A program made the position numbers and the translations under genes. A stretch of DNA of 47,424 nucleotides from Catajapyx aquilonaris (Eukaryota): assembly GCA_000934665.2 (NCBI GenBank), contig JYFJ02003009.1, positions 1 through 47,424 on the forward strand, in the 5' to 3' direction. This document shows positions 26,055 through 34,205 of this stretch, one piece after another. The notes beneath the pieces were generated by a model, which saw only the letters and a list, made by a program, of their open reading frames with translations, was not told where the DNA came from and did not search any database. Position 1 is the stretch's first letter. Each line of letters opens with the position of its first letter.

Positions 26055-27328
26055 TTAAATTTTCACTGGGTATGAGTCAGCGTCCCACTTGACCTCCGAC
26101 TTGTCAAACCAAATGTATCCTCCTTTGGGTTTGGTCACTCCAGGTGGCAGCAAGGCCAAATAAACTGGTGCAGCAGCCCCTTGTTCCACACTTAGAACTC
26201 CCCTTCCTCTGGTCATATCGGTCTTGACATATCCAGGATGAACTGAGTTGACCACCAAATCAGGGCGGGGATCCTTATCAAACTGACGCTGCTGGATTCG
26301 TGTCAGAGCAGCCACTCCTGCCTTTGATGTTGTATAGCAGTTGTTCGGCCAGCCTAATTCAATGTGATGGCCAGTCTGAGCAGATCTGGAAGCATTTTAA
26401 ATAATGCAAATCATCATATACATCCCAGACATGGACAGCAATTTGTGGTACCGGTACCTCAGTAAGGAAAATTTCCCATTATAGTGTAATTTTAATATGT
26501 GAATGATTAAGCCTGGCTTTACAGACATCAGTACTGTCCATCCTGAGTCTCACTTACGTTACAAACTGGTCCATCAGGTTGCACAACTCTTCTTCACTCA
26601 GTGTATCAGATGCCAGCTTCTGGCGAAGTTGTGATGATTCAGGTTCTTTTCCTTTAATACGAGAGAGGTGTCCCAAACAGCTGCTCAAGTTGACCACACG
26701 AGCATGAGGGCGTAGAAGTGGAAACAACGACCGGCAGACATTCAAATTTCCAAAGAAGTTGACTTGGATAGTGTTGGCAGCCTGCTCTTTAAATTGTACT
26801 CTCATATCATCCTTTTGTGACAGCCCATGTGATACCATCCTATGAGGAAGAGCCCAAGCAAATTAATGTCCAGGTCATACAGTCCAACATGCTGGAATAT
26901 AACAATGGGTCACATTCCATCACGTTGGACTGTATGACCCAGTGTGCAAATTGCACCATATAAAATTAAGCATGTACCGAATACATGATCGCAGCGTTGT
27001 TAATCAAGACGTCCAGTCCGCCATAAGTTGACTTAATGTGATCTCGAAGTGCGTCAATGCTGCCTTGATTCACGATGTCAAGCAGGTGGAATTTTGGATG
27101 CAAACCCATCTGTGTGTAGTGAAAGTTAATCGCATTGGATGCACGAGAATATTCCTATTATTTGTATTGCACCTTATTAAGTTTTTTCACAGCAGCCAGT
27201 CCCCTTCCTTCATCACGCGCTGTTAGGTACACATCGCCAGTGAATTTCTGGCACAGCTCTTTGACTATTGCGAATCCAATGCCTTTGTTGCTTCCTGTCA
27301 CAACTGCCACTGCTTGTGTTGACATCAT
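26055..27328 (-). CDS. CBR1: Carbonyl reductase [NADPH] 1/3-like short-chain dehydrogenase; 4 coding exons, about 290 aa
   Basis: Exons 27328-27173, 27109-26978, about 26811-26558 (acceptor uncertain) and 26385-26055. Motifs VAVVTGSNKGIG, LTARDEGRG, YGGLDVLINNAA, VVNLSS, GWPNNCYTTSK (YxxxK) and VHPGYVKTDM. The exact CBR1 versus CBR3 orthology cannot be resolved. Confidence 0.88.
26873..26939. repeat. 67-bp hairpin in the second coding intron of the CBR1-like gene
   Basis: GGTCATACAGTCCAACATGCTGGAAT pairs with ATTCCATCACGTTGGACTGTATGACC (26 bp, 2 mismatches), 15-nt loop. Confidence 0.85.
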
Positions 27329-27644
27329 AAAATCAGCTTACGCCTTTGTCACCTGTTAATTAGTGTTATCTGAAAAAAAAAAGAAGTACACAGCAAATTA
27401 TTATTGCATAACACCATTTACTCTTGATAACACAAAATAATGCAAATAATGGCTCACTTGCAACAAAGATGATGTTGCAAAAGGTGATAAATTTGCCTAT
27501 GTGACAAGATGTCGGTTTTCCAGTGATTCTTAACTGGAAGTGGTAATCAAGATTATCTCACAAATAGATAAAAACTATCAGACAAATTGTCGTTAAACAA
27601 TATTTGGCAGTACCTTTCACCTTTGAAAGAAATTATTGGTCTTC

Positions 27645-27855
27645 TCATCAGATGGCGCCACGAATTGGGATGTCTCTGCCATCTGCAGTGAATTTACGGA
27701 AGGCATCATAACTTGTTAAAATACATGCCAATTACAATTTAATTATAATTATTAATAGAAATAAGCCTGTTCGAAGATGTGTCCGAATTAACTTTTTAAA
27801 TGCCCCTCCTCCCCCCCCCTCCTCTCCCCCACTTCCGGTTCCAAACAAGATGGCG
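27645..27855. promoter_or_regulatory. Divergent promoter between the CBR1-like and THAP genes: inverted CAGATGGC pair, ETS and YY1-like sites
   Basis: CAGATGGCGCC at 27649-27659 and inverted CTGCCATCTG at 27676-27685; ACTTCCGG at 27831; AAGATGGCG at 27847-27855, about 90 nt before the THAP ATG. Confidence 0.55.
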
Positions 27856-27941
27856 CAGAGTCGTTGGCTGTGATCTGTTCTGTTCCATATTTTTTTGCGA
27901 TCCTGATTTCGTCCTTGGTTCCCCCGGGGGCAGAGAAGACA

Positions 27942-30771
27942 ATGCCGTGCTGCAGCTTCGTGTACTGCTCCAACCGGAGCGATAGGAACGTCACCACCCG
28001 GAGGCTCTTCCGATTCCCCAGGTGCCCCAGACGACTGCAGCAGTGGGTCATGCTCTGCAGGAGAGACCAGTACTGGACGCCCACAGTCAACTCCAGGCTT
28101 TGCGAGGTATTCACATGCCCATATGCACACCCATATTGTGATGACACTGGGGGTGTTTCAATATTGCAGTTCCACTTTGATGAGTCGCAGTTTGAGGCCA
28201 ACCGCCAGGACGGACGGCGCCTGCTTCGTCCTGATGCCATCCCGACTATATTCCAAGCGGGGCCGTCCGTGGAAGCGCACTTCAGCAGGAAGAGGGTGCG
28301 GGAGACTGAGACTTACTTTACCGACCACAGCTACACCGCAAAGAGGCTGCTCATTCGCACCAACGACCATTGCTACACCAACAAGAGGCAGCAGTGCAGC
28401 AGTAATGAACATTGCTACAATTCGACCATGCCCTTGCCGCTCATGGTTGTAAGTACATGCTGTGTTTGCAAGTAGAGTCATGTTCACGAGTTCAGTCAAG
28501 TAATAAAACACACAATTTCAGGAACTTCGAGTGGAAGACTCGGGAGAAGTAATCTGCAAATATTTTGACAATGACAGTATGTATACATTCTAATATTAAT
28601 ATACAGTAAATGAAGGGTAAAGGCCATTTCACAAAAAAAATGTCGCGCGGCAAACGGCGCGACTTGCGGCAAATTTTTTATTTATATTTATTGTTGCCAA
28701 TTGTTGGCAACAATAAATATAAATAAAAATTTGCCGCAAGCCGCGCGACATTTTTTTGTGAAATGGCCTTTAATCACTCAATAGTTGACTTGCAAAGAGT
28801 CAGACTCAGTATTTACCATTCAACGGATTTACCCCTCAATAGTAAACTTATCCTTTGAAAGCCAATTGTAAACCGTATGTTTCTTGTATTTTAGGTCCGC
28901 AGAATATGGTGATAACTCCTGAGCTGCCACCTCCAGAAGTGCTAGACTTAGACGCAGAGGATGACATCAGCCCGCCATCCCCGATATGCCAGCTAGATAT
29001 GCCTCCCAGCCCCAACACTGCCGTCATGGTGGATCCGCCTGCCAACACCGGGGGTGAGTTTGAGTCCCAGCTGTTGTCTCACTTACACCAGATGGAACGA
29101 GAGAACAAAGCGCTGCAGACGGAGAACCAGAAACTGAAGGACAAAGTGCAAGAGGAGCTGGATCGCAATGCAACGCTGGAGGAGGAAAAGCGCAGTCTCC
29201 GTCGGCGTCTGTACCTTCTGGAGAGGCAGGTCACGCAGTTTAATCGTTTGCGCAAGCGGTTGCATTTCCTGAATCCAGACCAAGTGAACATGCTGTGTGG
29301 TCGGAAGCAGGTGTCGCACTGGAGCGAGGCCAGCATCAGGCATGCACTGCAGATCAAGTATGCCTGTGGGAAGAAGGGTTACGAGTTCCTCAGGAAGATG
29401 AAGTACCCTCTGCCTAGCTACAGTACCTTAGCTGGACGCACCAACCAAGTCAGCTTTGTTCCAGGCATCATTCAAAGTACACTCGAGGTGAATATTCTGT
29501 TTGTTACTCGTAATGTACTCTAAGTCACGTTGCAATTGATGTTCTGCAATGTATGCTAGAGTATTCGAAGTAATTTCATTAACAACGATGGCTGCATTTT
29601 CAACATGAATATTTTTGTCCAGCCACTTTCCTCTCTTTTGAAATGTGTGAAAATGCATTGTTGTTAGTAACTTACGTACTTTGTGTTGCAGATTATGAAA
29701 TTGAAGGCAAGCTCTATGAGTGATCAGGACAAGCAGTGCTGCATCCTGGTGGATGAGATGCAGTTGACAGAAGGACTCTCATATGACCTGGGAATGAAGA
29801 GGATGATGGGCTTTGTAACTCTCGGTAGCAACGCCAGTGGAGAATCTAATCCTGCCTCGCACCTCTTAGCAGTCTGCCTCCGAGGGCTGGGGCCTGGCAA
29901 GTGGCGTCGGATTATTGGGTGGCACCTGACTGATGTCTCTTCGTCAGGTGCTGATACCTGGGTGTTCGTGCGGGAGGTGATACAGAGCTACGAGGCTGCT
30001 GGGTTTAGGGTCCATGCTGTTACAGTGGGACTGACCAAAAAGTGCCGTTCAGTGTGGACTGCTGCTGGGATTCCACCCAATGTGATGAGCACTGAGTCGA
30101 GTGTAATCCATCCATGTGACATGGCACGGCAGTTATACTTCATGGCTGATCCGCTCTGTGTGTTAAAATCCCTCCGAGTTGCACTCCTGAAGGACGGTGC
30201 CGTAATTCCAGGAAGTGTCGCACATGCTGAGGGCCTGCCAACAGTTGAGGTGTGTCCTAAGTACATCATGCAAGTCACCAGCAAAGACACAGACAGTGAC
30301 CTGCTTAAGAGTATGAAGTCTGTCAGTGCCAGTACCATGTTCTCCTCAAGGACTGCAAACGCCATTCGCTCAGCCGTGAACTCAGGGACTCTCGAACCCG
30401 ACGCACTTGCTACGGCTTATTTCGTAGGTTTGGTTGCGCGTTGGTACTCCACTCTTAATGGCAAGGGCCGGAAGGAGTTTCTGACAGTTAACAACATTGT
30501 GGAAAAGGAGACTTTTCTGGCCAGATTTGTCGAGTTGGTCAGAGATTGCCGAATAGGGTCCAGTGATTGGCTACCTTGCCAGACTGGATTTACAGTCAGC
30601 ACATTCAGCTCTGTGTTGTTAGCGAAGCAGCTTCTGAGGGAGGGTGGGCTACAGCGAGTTCTGACCTCTCGCTTAGGGCAGGATGCTGTTAGGAGCATGT
30701 TCAGCAGTATCAGGGCCAAGGCAGGGGACAGGCCAAACGCACTTCAAGTGTGGGCTGCCCTTAAAGTGTGA
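27942..30771 (+). CDS. THAP-domain, P-element-transposase-derived protein (THAP9-like fold, probably catalytically inactive); 5 exons, about 723 aa
   Basis: Exons 27942-28106, 28170-28448, 28522-28576, 28895-29487 and 29692-30771 (2172 nt in frame; exon 3 is the least certain). THAP C2CH finger (MPCCSFVYCSN...FRFP...W...RLCEFHF...DAIPTIF), coiled coil, P-transposase motifs W...ALQIKYACGKKGYEFLR..YPLPSYSTL, CILVDEM, W..IIGW, YFMADP..LKSLR and RLGQD...FSSIR. Confidence 0.85.
28618..28772. mobile_element. Foldback MITE (near-perfect 155-bp palindrome) in intron 3 of the THAP gene
   Basis: TAAAGGCCATTTCACAAAAAAAATGTCGCGCGGC... mirrored by ...GCCGCGCGACATTTTTTTGTGAAATGGCCTTTA; about 70-bp arms, 3-nt loop, one 12-nt bulge; TA (or TAA) flanks. 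Confidence 0.85.
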
Positions 30772-31054
30772 TGTGTAATACATGAAAGGTGGTCTTGGCA
30801 TGATTAGAGGTGTGCAGTTTTTGGTGGGGAAGTTACTCGCATGAAAAGAGGGACTGCTGAATCACAGTGATATTCATACCCAGTTGTACAGTATGTGGTT
30901 TGGCCTTGTGTAGAGAACAGGATGGATCAACTGCACTGATGTTTTGGTTTACTTGATGTTGCAAAGATAGGCAATAGAAACATACCACTGGTATTGCACT
31001 GCGGATGGATTCATGAACAGGCGTAAACAGGTGGCACAAACCAGCGTAACTCTC

Positions 31055-31199
31055 TGAGGGATTAGTCACTTATGAAGTCCTTCATACACCAAGACTGAAG
31101 TCCGGACGAAGTTTGTAAAGTACGACTGAAATGGACTGCAGTCCGGTCAAAGTCTGTGAAGTCCATCGTAAGCTATAGTATCAAGTGACTAACCCCTCA
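31055..31199. mobile_element. Inverted-repeat element (putative MITE) with internal AAGTCC-like repeats
   Basis: TGAGGGATTAGTCACTT ... AAGTGACTAACCCCTCA (17 bp, 1 mismatch); interior contains repeated GAAGTCC/AAGTCT/CAGTCC units. Confidence 0.65.
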
Positions 31200-31706
31200 T
31201 AACTTTCACAACCTGTTCAAAAGTCTGCAACCCAAGGTATACCCAAGAGTCGACACAAGTGTTATTAGCGTCTCTTACAGCAGCTAATCATCACCGTTAA
31301 AGATTGAGGCTTATATCGTAACTAGTATCAACATCCATTGTAAATATTTGACAGTGTGGCCCTGCCGACCCGTATGGGAATGTTTGATGGCCTGTATTGA
31401 CAAGGTTTGTCTAGGGGGGCCTATTTTTACAGACCCTGCATGAGTATTTGCAATATTGTAATATATTTGCCTGGTTATTGTGTGCATCAGTCCACAGGAT
31501 GTACCATGAGTAAAATGTGGTTGAACATGCCCAGCTGTCGTTTTATATTCTTTCTTGTCAGTCTTTGGGAAGAAGCAAGCAGTTTTATGGTACCACTGCA
31601 CTCCTATGGTTTCCCTGGTGAAAATTCCTAGGTGATGCAAAAATCAGAACACAATGATTGATTTTGGTTTGAAAGAAATATTGTTGGTGTGGATTCGGCC
31701 ATAAAA

Positions 31707-33836
31707 ATGCACATGCTTTTAGGATATCGCCTTACGTCATGCTTCCGACCTACGCTTTTATCCAGAGCCAAGCTGACTTCCATATTACGCAACTTTCATG
31801 TCCTGCCTGCCACGTAAGTCAATGCAGTTTTGAATTCCTTTGGGGATAGGGCTTGAAAAGCATGAGAGGCACGGTAGTGTTGGTATTATGTTGTAATTCG
31901 TAATTTTTTTAAAAAAACCTACAGCAGCTGGAGGAATTTCGTTGCACCAGTGGCAGTTTCTTCGATCAAATTGCTGCCCCGATATGCCTTCCATCCATTC
32001 CGATCTTTGACCAGCTCTGGAGAGGTGTCCACTGCCCTCCAGCCCTTCTTTTCTGCTGTGCATCCAGACAGCTTTGATGGCAACGAGAAGGCAGTAAATG
32101 CAAGTTCCCTCAAGATGCTGCAGACCTATCTAGAGTCTCTCCTGGAGCCTGGAAACAGCGGATATCTAGGTGATTCCTTCCCACCAAAGACTGTGACCTT
32201 CTACATACGTGATATGGACCCAAACGCAGCTCTTGACGTGGAGCCACGTGCTGTACATGTCATGTTAGGACACAAGGATGTACAGGAGGCAGTCGCAGAC
32301 ATACTTCAGACGTTCAACCTTCCCAGCGTATCGGCCACTGATTTACCCAGAACCCCACCAGCATCGCCCTCAGCTGGGTTGTCCGACAGGCCTCTGCCTG
32401 CATCCACTTTCCAGCCAGCCGCTATTTCATCCCAGCTGGAGCAGATCCGCTCACAGTACAAGCCACCTACACTCGAGAGCTGGCTGAAGGCATATGGAGC
32501 AGAGGCAAGGAACCAGTTGACTGCTTTGAAAAAGTTGAAGGAAGGCGAAGAGGCACAGTTATGCGCCAGTCTGAAAGAAAGGTTGGGACTGTCGACCATA
32601 ACTTGGGAGTGTGACTGGGACAGGAGGTACTTCCAGGCATGCCTCAAAAGCTTCCTGACACTGGCAGAGAACAACAGCCAAGACTTGGAAGTGATAAGGG
32701 GACGAAAAGTCACCTTCGGGAGGGTGAATGGGGTCGACGCGGTGGACGGAAGTGTGGTGCTGAGCAGCCGAGACGTGCAGCAGGAATGGCTGAACGTAAG
32801 AACATTACCTGGAGGTGTTTCTCTTACTCTTTAAAATGTTATCGTAATAATGGTCTACTCATGCAAGCAAAAAACTCCGCAACCTACAGAGAAGTTATGA
32901 AATTTTGGTTAAATGACTCGTAAGATGTAAGGAAGAAAATATTCACATTATTGAATTGTTAACAGTCATGATGTACTAGTAGATCTAAAATTGAGCAGTA
33001 TTATTCATGTGAAATTTAACTTCTGCTGTAAATGAACATGGGAACTTTTTATTCTTCTCATTCTCTCTTGCAGGTATTGATAACTAGAAAAATAACTTGT
33101 ACTGTAATTACTCTCCTCTTTCTGTATTAAGTTGATTGTCAACATTCCGAAACACGATGAGATGATTGACCGGATACCAGACATTGAAAAAACCATTTCA
33201 ATCCTCCTGAACAACATGCAGTTGGTGCACAGCAAGGACAAGCCAGTGCTTGCTGAGAAGTACGAGCTGCAGCTCAACTCTCTCCGGGCCAACCTGGAAG
33301 AATTCCGACAAACTCACAGCATTATTGATTCCTGGCCATCTATGACTTCCTATCAGCTTTTGGTCGAGTCGTGAGTGTTTGTTTTCAGCACTTGGAGCAT
33401 CAGAAAATTCTATCATATAAGTCAACTTAATTAATGTACTGAACCTTTTGTACGCAGTGAGTCGTACCCATTGATGTTGTCGCCTGGTGGGCAAATAATT
33501 GTCCCTGCTTCATGCCCTGGATCTTTACTGGCATGCTTTGTGACTGCTAACATGAAGAAAGCAAAGCAGAGGATGGAACGCCTCCCAGCAGAGGAGAGTA
33601 AGGAGGAGAAACTAAAGGACTATTGCAAGGAGATACTTGGGATGGCATCCATCGAGAGAGATGTGGGAGTCAGCTTACTGCATATGGGCAAGTGCATGAG
33701 GCGAATACTGCGACACTCCCAGCGGCTGCAGCCTCTCCTGCAGGGCATGCACGTACGCGTGTCGACTTGCTACTCCGCACCACTGGAAGGTATCGTGTCT
33801 ATACCGTGGAACTGGGCATCTGAAGGAGGAAAGTAG
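31707..33836 (+). CDS. TCAIM: T-cell activation inhibitor, mitochondrial (TCAIM) homolog; 4 exons, about 531 aa
   Basis: Exons 31707-31813, 31925-32795, 33132-33370 and 33458-33836 (1596 nt in frame). Arg-rich, acid-free N-terminus (presequence-like), ALQPFFSAVHPD..F...EKAVNASSLK, ITWECDW, LSPGGQIIVPASCP and C-terminal SIPWNW. Confidence 0.85.
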
Positions 33837-34205
33837 GAGGAGAAATATGGAAAAAAAAACTAATTTTCGGCATGTTAAACATGTAAATTGTTTCAAACAG
33901 TGTAGGCCGTTGCTTAAATTTTATATTGGTAAATTGAATCTGAAAAAATTAAAATAACCTGGATGGAAGCTTGTTTGTGAACTTCTGTTAGACTTCTGTG
34001 TCATACAGTATTCATTTTTGTGACCAGTGGTGAATGACGTGTGTTAATTTGCTTATAAGATAATCTGCATTGAATGCTGCAACCTGGCCAGTGCACTTGT
34101 GGCATTGCCGCTGGAGCAGATGCCATGAAGTAACATCTGGTCAAAACATTTATTATTCCAAACCACTTCTTTAAAAAAACAAAACTAATCTTCATCCTCT
34201 GCCAA

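Noticed and set aside
27864..27941. 26-aa N-terminal extension of the THAP ORF in the ORF track
   Set aside because: It starts at TTG; THAP domains normally begin at the MP.C Met, which is the ATG at 27942.
27600..31300. An autonomous P element around the THAP gene
   Set aside because: No matching terminal inverted repeats or 8-bp TSD seen by eye, and catalytic motifs are degenerate.
31798..31813. ATG at 31798 as TCAIM start
   Set aside because: Wrong phase for the 31925 acceptor; the ATG at 31707 (or 31713) gives the correct phase.
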